Positions 56,440 to 64,000 of a stretch of DNA of 64,000 bases are shown one piece after another (position 1 is the stretch's first letter; the number at the start of each line of letters is the position of its first letter). This DNA comes from Dehalococcoidia bacterium (GTDB lineage: Bacteria > Chloroflexota > Dehalococcoidia > GIF9 > AB-539-J10). The notes beneath the pieces were generated by a model that saw only the letters and a list, made by a program, of their open reading frames with translations, made no database searches and was not told where the DNA came from. The position numbers and the translations under genes are program-made. The stretch spans positions 11,722 to 75,721 of the forward strand of contig JBATUN010000023.1 of NCBI GenBank assembly GCA_049671165.1. Direction: 5' to 3'.

Positions 56440-57048
56440 TCAAAGATTCACATCTAGATCATCCAGGATACTCTCCCAGACTTCAACAGCTTCTAACATA
56501 GTCTTGTGGAGGTCGCTGATCTTATTGCCATCTCTATCCAGGATATCACCAGTAATTATGACTGTAGCTGTACCTGATCCCGTTACTAGTGGAACACCCT
56601 GAGGATCAAACGTCAGGCTCATAAGGGCGCCTTTTTCTGGTTTTGTGGTCATTCGCATGACAGTAGTAATGTTATCGACTCTAGGTGCCCTACCAGAATG
56701 CCCTGGCTTCTTAGGATCGTACCCATGCCTGTCATTATTGGATAGGTCTTTCATGATTCTTAGTGCCAGTGAGTTCTTGAAGGCATCATCCACTTTAGCC
56801 GTAGCTTTGCCATTCTGAATAGCCCACTTTTTGAGCAAGTCTCTTAGATTTGCTATGTTGTAGATTAATATGTAAATAGTATTAGCTAGCTCTGCATCGC
56901 TGCGTCCACCCCTCCAGTCTTGGTAGAAACACACACGCTTACCATCAGAAGTCACGGTAGGCTTACATCTACTGATGTCAGTCTCCTCAGTTTCCTTGAT
57001 TGCTCTATACAGACGCTGAACCCTAGAAATCAAATCATCGTCTATCAT
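56440..57048 (-). CDS. Hypothetical protein
   Basis: 202-aa ORF with no recognised family. Confidence 0.45.
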   Translation of the reverse strand: MIDDDLISRVQRLYRAIKETEETDISRCKPTVTSDGKRVCFYQDWRGGRSDAELANTIYILIYNIANLRDLLKKWAIQNGKATAKVDDAFKNSLALRIMKDLSNNDRHGYDPKKPGHSGRAPRVDNITTVMRMTTKPEKGALMSLTFDPQGVPLVTGSGTATVIITGDILDRDGNKISDLHKTMLEAVEVWESILDDLDVNL

Positions 57049-57149
57049 GACTTGGACCCGCTCTTCATACCATCACTGTGAATCCTTGTCTCTGCTATCG
57101 ATTATAGCAGATACCCCGCTCAACAATATGACGAATTAGTATATGGAAT

Positions 57150-58560
57150 AACTAAGGGAGACAGCTTCGGCTACAATGGAGTGAATGGTGTGGCTTAGCA
57201 CCAAATCTAAAGTAGGAGGAGCTATCTCACATGAAGAATACTGCAGCCAGGAAACGAAAGCAAGTGCCGGAGGGGTACTTGGTCATAGGAGTCGATCCAC
57301 ATAAGAAGAGGCATGCCGCGGTCGCTATCACTCAAGATTTCACCACCCAGGCCAAATTCAAGGTCGACAACACCAGGGAAGGATTGGAGACGATGTTGGA
57401 TCGAGCCAGAGCAGAGATGGTGAAATCCTGTTGCCGGGGTGTCATATTCGCCATAGAGACAGGGGGGCACTACTGGCGAAATATAGCTTACTACCTTGAT
57501 GAGAGAGGTATTCCCTTCCGTTTCATTAACCAGTATACCTTGAAGCGGAGGCGTGAGGGCAAAGATCTCAATCGCAGGAAGAATGACTATCGAGACAGTG
57601 AAGTAGCAGCGCAACTCCTGTGTACCGGGGAGTTTGTTGAGAGTGTCATACCGCAAGGTGTTTATGCAGAGCTTCGGAGCTCACACAATGCCTATGCACG
57701 ACTGGTCAAGGAAAGGACCAGGATAACCAACCTGGTAAAAGGGCTGCTGGATGCGCTTTTCCCAGAGTTCACCCATGTCTTCAAAGACCCCGGTGGGTTG
57801 ACGGCGCTGAGCGTACTTTCCACATGTCTCATCCCCGGAGTAATAGCGGGGATGACAGAGGATGAATTCGTAGCCACCATCGAGGCTCGCCACAAAGGGC
57901 GACGCCTGATGCGGAAGAAACTGAGGGCACTACACTACTCGGCGAGCCCATCAATCGGGATTCATGCCGGCGCCCGCTCGGTGTCTTCTGAAATCGCGTT
58001 CCTGGTCGATAAACTTGAGTTGATCAGACAGCAGATTCGCATCATGGAGGGGATACTGGTAAAGCTGGTAGATGAAACAGAAGAAGGGAAATACCTCCTC
58101 TCGATAAGGGGACTCCACTACATTGCTGTGGCCGGGTTACTGGCCGAACTCGGCTGCTTCAAGTTATACCGGAGCGCCAAGCAGATGATAAAGATGGCAG
58201 GTAGTAATCCCACTGAATCGGAATCAGCTGGCAAGAAGAGATCAAAAACACCAATGAGTAAGCAAGGACGTCCATTATTGAGGCACTGCGCCTGGACGGC
58301 GGTCATCCCCATGCTGCGATTCAATGCTGATTTTCGTGCCTGGGCCAGGCAAAGGCGAGAACGACCCACCCATGCCAACCCTCTCAATGGAAGAGAGATT
58401 GTGGGGGCAGCACTTAACAGGCTGCTGCGTTTGGCCTTTGCCCTGGTTAAAAATCAGACCTATTACCAGGATACAAGACCGGCTCTGATACCGGTTGCAG
58501 TCTAGATATTGGAGGTATTTTCATTACATCAGGTGGGCAGGGAGACGCCGCTTAGCGTTT
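57150..58560 (+). mobile_element. IS110-family insertion sequence. The limits are approximate because this family lacks clear terminal inverted repeats
   Basis: A single transposase ORF. Boundaries are inferred from the flanking non-coding sequence. Confidence 0.45.
57231..58505 (+). CDS. IS110-family transposase
   Basis: N-terminal DEDD domain 'VIGVDPHKKRHAAVAI' and C-terminal IS116/IS110/IS902 domain. Confidence 0.9.
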   Translation: MKNTAARKRKQVPEGYLVIGVDPHKKRHAAVAITQDFTTQAKFKVDNTREGLETMLDRARAEMVKSCCRGVIFAIETGGHYWRNIAYYLDERGIPFRFINQYTLKRRREGKDLNRRKNDYRDSEVAAQLLCTGEFVESVIPQGVYAELRSSHNAYARLVKERTRITNLVKGLLDALFPEFTHVFKDPGGLTALSVLSTCLIPGVIAGMTEDEFVATIEARHKGRRLMRKKLRALHYSASPSIGIHAGARSVSSEIAFLVDKLELIRQQIRIMEGILVKLVDETEEGKYLLSIRGLHYIAVAGLLAELGCFKLYRSAKQMIKMAGSNPTESESAGKKRSKTPMSKQGRPLLRHCAWTAVIPMLRFNADFRAWARQRRERPTHANPLNGREIVGAALNRLLRLAFALVKNQTYYQDTRPALIPVAV

Positions 58561-59011
58561 TGGGAGCTCATTTGAGCCAACCCGTGTACACAACATGGTG
58601 CCCCTGCCTTCCTGGCCAAACCCGTATGAGGTATGATGGGACTCTGTCAAGCGGATGAACCCGTATCTAACCGCTAAGTTGGGAGCCAGGAAAAGAGAGG
58701 CTGGGGTCTGCCCACCGGTGTGAGGATAAAACACAATGAGATTTGGCTGGAGCTATTGACCTTAGGGAATATAGTATGTTGTTACCTAACTACACAAGCC
58801 ATCGGATTGTTCATTTCGCCGTCCATAGCATCTGAGTCAGACGTAGACCTGGAATAGCACCACGGCGGGATTTAGCAACCCTAATAAGCGACCTGGCAAT
58901 ATTAGCTGTTTGCCCTTCGGCGTATTCTGAGCCAGATTACCAAAGGCGGAACTGAATTTTTCACTTGGCGCTTGAGGCAGAGTTGAAGCACAAATACAGC
59001 CACGGCGGGAC

Positions 59012-59039
59012 TTGACAATCTTAATAATCGGTGTATGAT
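59012..59039 (+). promoter_or_regulatory. Putative sigma-70 promoter (TTGACA-N16-TATGAT) upstream of the zinc-ribbon / RRM genes
   Basis: Near-consensus hexamers. It sits inside the second copy of a ~31-bp imperfect direct repeat (58849-58879 and 59000-59030). Confidence 0.3.
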
Positions 59040-59154
59040 GTACTTAATAGTGTAAGTTTAGGTTATTACAAGCTTCTTAGGATTCTGCCAGACTCATATC
59101 AAGTATTGGATGACCCAAACCCCAGCTAAAAATTTTGAGAAAGGAGATCATCCA

Positions 59155-59460
59155 ATGAGTTTTCAAGAGAAAACGCTCCAGTGTGCCGATTGTGGGGCTG
59201 ACTTCAGCTTCACCGCTGAGGAACAAGAATTCTTTCAATCCAAGGGCTATACTAATGAGCCCAAGCGCTGTCCGTCATGCCGACAGGCAAGGAAGACGGA
59301 ACGGAATGGCAGTCGTGGTAACAGCTACGGACTCCCACGGCAAATGTTCCCTGCCGTATGCGCCGAGTGCGGCAAAGACACCGAAGTGCCTTTTGAGCCT
59401 ACCAACGGCAGGCCGGTCTATTGTAGCGATTGCTACAAAAAAGTCAGACTGAGTAGATAA
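59155..59460 (+). CDS. Zinc-ribbon protein (CxxC-x17-CxxC ... CxxC ... CxxC)
   Basis: AAGGAG RBS. 'CADCGADFSF...CPSCRQ' and 'CAECG...CSDCYKK'. Confidence 0.7.
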   Translation: MSFQEKTLQCADCGADFSFTAEEQEFFQSKGYTNEPKRCPSCRQARKTERNGSRGNSYGLPRQMFPAVCAECGKDTEVPFEPTNGRPVYCSDCYKKVRLSR

Positions 59461-59472
59461 TACCGATTTGAC

Positions 59473-59518
59473 CATAAACATACACGGGCCGGGGATACCC
59501 GGCCCGTGTATGTTTATG
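59473..59518 (+). terminator. Long perfect hairpin (about 20-bp stem) between the zinc-ribbon gene and the RRM gene. It may act as a terminator or a 5'-UTR regulatory structure
   Basis: CATAAACATACACGGGCCGG-GGATAC-CCGGCCCGTGTATGTTTATG. There is no clear T-run after it. Confidence 0.4.
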
Positions 59519-59600
59519 GGTGGAATTCCGCGCGAGGCAAAGTCCCACCGCCATTTGCCGGCCAAGGATTACGAAATTAAGCAAAAGGAGGAGCATTGGC

Positions 59601-59918
59601 ATGAAGATTTACGTCGGTAACTTGCCTTATGAGATGACTGAACAAGAGTTACGTCAGGAATTTGAGACTTTTGGAGAAGTGAAGTCTGTAAACATCCTAA
59701 CAGATAGGTACAGCGGACGGTCCAAGGGATTCGCGTTTGTGGAAATGGGAGTAGTGTCTCAAGGCCAAGCTGCAATTACTGGCCTCAACGGAAAAACGCT
59801 GAAGGATCAGAGGCTTAACGTTAGTGCGGCTCGCCCACCTTCTGAGAGCCGAGGGAGTGGGTCTTACGGCAGCAGGAGAGGCGGCTGGTCTGGCAGGGGA
59901 AGACAGAGGAAGTATTAA
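59601..59918 (+). CDS. RRM-type RNA-binding protein with a Gly/Arg-rich tail
   Basis: RNP-2 'KIYVGNL', RNP-1 'KGFAFVEM' and a 'RGSGSYGSRRGGWSGRGRQRKY' tail. AGGAGG RBS. Confidence 0.9.
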   Translation: MKIYVGNLPYEMTEQELRQEFETFGEVKSVNILTDRYSGRSKGFAFVEMGVVSQGQAAITGLNGKTLKDQRLNVSAARPPSESRGSGSYGSRRGGWSGRGRQRKY

Positions 59919-60256
59919 ACTCCTTCTCGTTCATTTCTGCCTGAGACAAACAGCATATATTTATTACTCCTGAGGCTGTTGTTTGGGGGCTGGTGCCTCT
60001 AATTGATATGGTGTCCGTGGAATTGCGGGTTGAATCTATCCGTTGGCGCTTAAAGACAGCTGGAAAACTTCACAATCCGTCACAAAGTGCAATCCACTAG
60101 AGCCTGACATCTCTACCGGAGGATCATAGACTTCGCCATGGCCGAATTCCAGGATGTGAGGATAGAACCTTCTGGAAGGGGCGTTCAGGTGCAAACAGAT
60201 ACCGAATACCGAAGGCGTAAGTGAAGCCAAAAAAGGGATCGTTGAAGGGGGTACAG

Positions 60257-61090
60257 ATGTCTACAGCAAAGGTTGGCGATATCAACATCTATTATGAGAT
60301 TCATGGTAAAGGAGAACCATTGGTTCTGATTTACGGCTATGGCGGTCACTCAAAGCTGTGGTTCCGGCAGATTCCAATTCTTTCAAAGAAGTACCGGATT
60401 ATTGCCTTTGATAACAGGGGGGTGGGGCGGAGTGATAAGCCAGATATGCCTTATACTATGGCGATGATGGCGGGAGATGTCGCAGGATTGCTTGATATCA
60501 TAGGTGTCGATGCTGCCCACATCTGCGGGATTTCCATGGGTGGAATGATTGCGCAGCATTTTGCCCTTGATTACCCACAAAGAGTGATCAGTCTCATACT
60601 GGGCTGTACTTACTGCGGTGGAGCTCAAAGTATCCAGCCCGAACCTGAATCATTGGCAGCTCTCTTTGACTTCGGGCGCTTGGGCAAGATGACCCCTGAA
60701 GAAGCTGTAAGGCAGGCAATGCCCTTCTGTTTCAGCCAGGAGTTCATCAGCAAGAATCCCGACATTATTGACAAAAGAGTAGCTAAACAGCTTGAGTATC
60801 CGACGCCGGCTCATGGATTCACGAGGCAAGCAGAGGCTATCATGGGGCACGACACATATGAGCTGTTGCCGAATATAAGATTGCCTACTCTCGTGATTGC
60901 TGGAGACAATGACAGACTGATTCCCGTAGAGAACTCACGAATACTAGCCTCTAGGATACCAGAGGCGGAACTCGCAATAATCGCGGGTGTGGGACATGAG
61001 TTTTTCATAGAAGATGCAGAGAAGGTAAATAAGCTAGGTCTTGATTTCTTGAGACGGCACAAGAAAGGCCTGAAGCCAGAATCTACTTGA
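60257..61090 (+). CDS. Alpha/beta-fold hydrolase
   Basis: 'GISMGGMIAQ' nucleophile elbow and 'LVLIYGYGG' oxyanion region. Confidence 0.85.
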   Translation: MSTAKVGDINIYYEIHGKGEPLVLIYGYGGHSKLWFRQIPILSKKYRIIAFDNRGVGRSDKPDMPYTMAMMAGDVAGLLDIIGVDAAHICGISMGGMIAQHFALDYPQRVISLILGCTYCGGAQSIQPEPESLAALFDFGRLGKMTPEEAVRQAMPFCFSQEFISKNPDIIDKRVAKQLEYPTPAHGFTRQAEAIMGHDTYELLPNIRLPTLVIAGDNDRLIPVENSRILASRIPEAELAIIAGVGHEFFIEDAEKVNKLGLDFLRRHKKGLKPEST

Positions 61091-61681
61091 ATATCGGCTT
61101 TGCCCGCCTTAAGGAGAGAGAGGTTTACCCCTTCGCTGCAGAGTACATTTAGGTATAAGGGGCTATTGAAGATGTGGCCTGCGGCCCTGTGAAAGGTCTA
61201 TGTCGAAGCGTTGCAGTCTCGTGATCTCAACTGCACGATAAGCCACATTGTGCAGTAAGCGTCAACAGCCAGTGTCGCGCCAAATTGTTTCAGTCTTCCA
61301 GTGTCACAAACCGGTTGGCCAAGTCTTTGGCCGTCGGCAAGGCTCTCACATTTATGGCAAATGAAATAAGAATAGTAATGGAATTATACATTTTAAGGAT
61401 AAGATTGAATTTCTTAGAAAAAGCAAAGGAGTTAATATGCCCGACTGTAGTAATTTCTCTGCATTAAAACATTGTGCAGGTTATTGTCTGGGTGACGTAA
61501 TGGATGAATCAGGTGATTTATTCGGGAAGAAACCTCAAACTTGTGAACCTGTGAGATATCTACTTGCAGAAATGCCTGAAGAGTCAAGACAATGTAAATA
61601 TTTACACCCATAAACATACTTTTGATTTCTATTAATGCTCTACTCAGCGCTGTGACTATAACCAAGCACTCTCGGAGGCTG

Positions 61682-62566
61682 TCATGTTTTCAGTCGCGTA
61701 ACGCTCCGATCTGATCTTAGGTTGATAATAAACATTGCTGCCAGTATGCACGCTGCACCACCGAGAGTTCGCGGTGTCAGCCGGTTTCCGCCAATGACGA
61801 CAGCGAATAATCCGGCAAAGACCGGCTCCATTGTCATTACCACCGCTGCACGCGTTGCTGATACAAGTGATTGAGCCCACGTCTGTACAAAAAAAGCCAC
61901 AGCGGTTGCTAGTACCCCTGTAATCCCTACAACTCCCCACACTCCAGGATCGGGCGGCACGGCAATTCCTCCAGGTGTAGCAGCTATGAGCGATATTACG
62001 GCGACAGCCCCAATTTGGAGCAGGGAGAAGGCGTACGGCTGATATTGTGATGACCATTCACCTAAACCAACTATATGAATGGCGAAGAATATGGCGCATC
62101 CTAGTGTGAGCAACTCACCGATTCCAACTGACCAACCGTTGAGACTGAGTAATGCCAAGCCCACAGTAGCCAGTGCTACTACCATCCAGGTATTACGATT
62201 GGTTTTACGGCGAAGTAATATCCATGACATAACTGGGGTAAGAACGACAAACATGCCGGTAATAAACCCCGAACTAGCTGCGGATGTATAGCGCAAGCCG
62301 TATGTCTGAGCAATATAACCCAGGCCAAGTATTGTGCCTAGTCCAACGCCGCGCAGTAGTTCGAGACGCGTCACGTTACGCAGACAGGTCGGACGCAAGG
62401 CAATCATCACAACACTGGCCACTACAAAGCGCCACGCTAGAAAGTCCATGACTGGCATGCGTGCTACGGCATCTTGTACAACAAGAAAAGTATAGCCCCA
62501 GACTGCCGTTACCCCAACAAGGGCAACCGAGGCAATCATTGGTGATGATTTCCAATTCGCTGACAT
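61682..62566 (-). CDS. EamA/DMT-family transporter
   Basis: Ten TM helices and duplicated EamA domains. Confidence 0.85.
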   Translation of the reverse strand: MSANWKSSPMIASVALVGVTAVWGYTFLVVQDAVARMPVMDFLAWRFVVASVVMIALRPTCLRNVTRLELLRGVGLGTILGLGYIAQTYGLRYTSAASSGFITGMFVVLTPVMSWILLRRKTNRNTWMVVALATVGLALLSLNGWSVGIGELLTLGCAIFFAIHIVGLGEWSSQYQPYAFSLLQIGAVAVISLIAATPGGIAVPPDPGVWGVVGITGVLATAVAFFVQTWAQSLVSATRAAVVMTMEPVFAGLFAVVIGGNRLTPRTLGGAACILAAMFIINLRSDRSVTRLKT

Positions 62567-62800
62567 ATTCCTCTCTGTATTATGTGTGATGCCAAGCCAT
62601 CAGTCTACCATAGGTATTATGTATGAGTTAGGTGAGGGATTGGCCTATGTCAGAGCCGGGGACCACTAAAGAAAACTTGCGCCGCAGCCATTTTGTTAAA
62701 TAGTCTGTAGTCGGTATAATCGACCAAATAACGATATTTCGGAAGCACTACGCCAGTTGGTGCCACTCTACTCTAGGCTGATGAAAAGAGAAACTTCCGT

Positions 62801-63193
62801 CTAGATTCCTCCAAATCTGATAAGCATACTGTCTTTAAACCGAACCTTAGGGAATTCTTTGAGACCTTCAAAGATCTCTTGGAGATGAGTGATTTTGTAT
62901 CTCTTCCTTATCTCAGCATATCGCTGTCGGTCTTCATTCGAGACGCCATTTTTTGGAGTATAGTTTATTGGCCCTAGCCATGTCGACTCTGTGACATAAG
63001 GCGACACGACGTGAACTACCTTTGAGGGATCACAATCAAGAAATGGTTCTATTGAAACACTCGTCTTGAGGTCATTTGGAAATCTGGTTTTCGTTTCGCT
63101 AAGGTCATCCCAAGTAAAAACAGCGGCAGCCCAGAGCATTTTTTCTGTCTTATCACCGATTCCTGGTATGAAACTGAAAGAGCTTCGGATCAC
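62801..63193 (-). CDS. Hypothetical protein with a helix-hairpin-helix-like 'FIPGIGDKT' motif
   Basis: 130-aa ORF. 'FIPGIGDKTEKMLW' resembles an HhH motif. Confidence 0.4.
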   Translation of the reverse strand: MIRSSFSFIPGIGDKTEKMLWAAAVFTWDDLSETKTRFPNDLKTSVSIEPFLDCDPSKVVHVVSPYVTESTWLGPINYTPKNGVSNEDRQRYAEIRKRYKITHLQEIFEGLKEFPKVRFKDSMLIRFGGI

Positions 63194-63689
63194 GACTATC
63201 GCTTGAATTTACCAAGCGAGAATCACTTAACTCACCACGTGGCGCATTATGACGTCTAAAACTACAAGGTATCAATAGTAATCCTCTGCTAGGATTAGAT
63301 GGCAGAATCTCTCAGATTTAACCTTAGATCAGACTATGATTCGGCCAGATTTCGAATTCGAGTTCAACTCCGCCCAGTCTACCCAGAGGTTAGTTGAACA
63401 ATCCATCGGATTGTTCAATGGCCAGGTCGGAGGCAACGGGTTTTCTCTGCAACTGATGTTATCTGTTTACAGGCAATTGACAGTGTTTTCAATTTGGGTC
63501 TACACTGCAGTTAGCAATCAAAGTGGATTGGTTGAACTGTGATCGTCGATGAATTGCAGTTCGGGGGCCCGAAGTATAGGCAAAAGGAGGTATTAAGACG
63601 GCGGCTAGCGTGGAGATGATATTAGATGATCGTATTGCGACGTGGTGGATTGAAAATCCAGCGTAGTAAGAGCGTCGGAGGTGAATGAG

Positions 63690-64000
63690 GTGAACAAGAA
63701 ATTGACAGCCGTATTAGTTGTGGTGTTGCTGCTGCCACTGATAGCCTGTATTCAACCGGCAGCGGCCGAGGTGCTCAAATCAGATAAGGAGCGGATAGCT
63801 TCACCAGATGTCAATCCGAGTGAGCAAGCATTACTGGTTGAAGGAAACAGTGCCTTCGCCTTCGCGCTTTATCAGGCGCTCAGAGCGCAAGAAGGTAATC
63901 TCTTCTACTCTCCTCACAGCATCTCGGTAGCCCTAGCCATGACTTATGCCGGAGCCCGCAGCGAGACCGCAGAGCAGATGGCCGCTACCCTTCAATTCCT
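63690..64000 (+). CDS. Serpin (serine protease inhibitor), 3' partial. It has an N-terminal signal peptide or lipobox-like region
   Basis: GGAGGTGA RBS followed by a GTG start. 'EQALLVEGNSAFAFALYQAL...NLFYSPHSISVALAMTYAGARSETAEQMAATL' is a typical serpin N-terminus. Runs off the window edge. Confidence 0.6.
   Translation, partial: MNKKLTAVLVVVLLLPLIACIQPAAAEVLKSDKERIASPDVNPSEQALLVEGNSAFAFALYQALRAQEGNLFYSPHSISVALAMTYAGARSETAEQMAATLQF

Overview
This is a bacterial chromosomal window. The evidence for 'bacterial' is an RpoD-type sigma-70, NarL/LuxR and Crp regulators, a GAF-HisKA_3 sensor kinase and an IS110 transposase. A formate dehydrogenase / NuoEF-like / MetV-MetF (Wood-Ljungdahl-type) operon suggests an anaerobe. 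Taxon and GC content were not computed.

The first 18.7 kb is one co-directional plus-strand cluster, and I think it is the most interesting part of the window.
- It starts with a TPR protein.
- It contains five membrane proteins with unrelated ectodomains (bacterial Ig-like, beta-propeller repeats, RCC1 repeats, FN3, InlB B-repeat) that all end in the same module: a transmembrane helix plus the cytoplasmic tail '...LEKEKQEIIEMIDEALEEEKRR*'. A sixth, decayed copy of the tail sits in frame behind the TPR gene stop.
- Two Hanks-type Ser/Thr kinases follow, both with DWG instead of DFG and one with HTD instead of HRD, together with a PP2C phosphatase.
- Next comes a eukaryote/archaea-like Snf7/ESCRT-III (CHMP2-like) gene translationally coupled to a Vps4-like MIT-AAA ATPase.
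- The cluster ends with two tandem paralogous membrane proteins.

The rest of the window holds a GLUG-repeat secreted protein, a nine-fold B-repeat protein with a CAP/SCP domain, the FDH operon with an upstream two-component system, and two tandem tRNA-Ser genes beside a decayed integrase / excisionase / mini-recombinase remnant. Further on are Crp, a ferredoxin, RpoD, an internalin-like LRR protein, a candidate defence locus (an OLD-family-like ABC ATPase-TOPRIM protein convergent with a HEPN-like Rx4H protein), ABC-F, SDR, CaCA antiporter, IS110, a zinc-ribbon protein with an RRM RNA-binding protein, a hydrolase, EamA and a serpin N-terminus. Several genes carry near-identical recent intragenic tandem duplications. 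No CRISPR array and no rRNA were seen.
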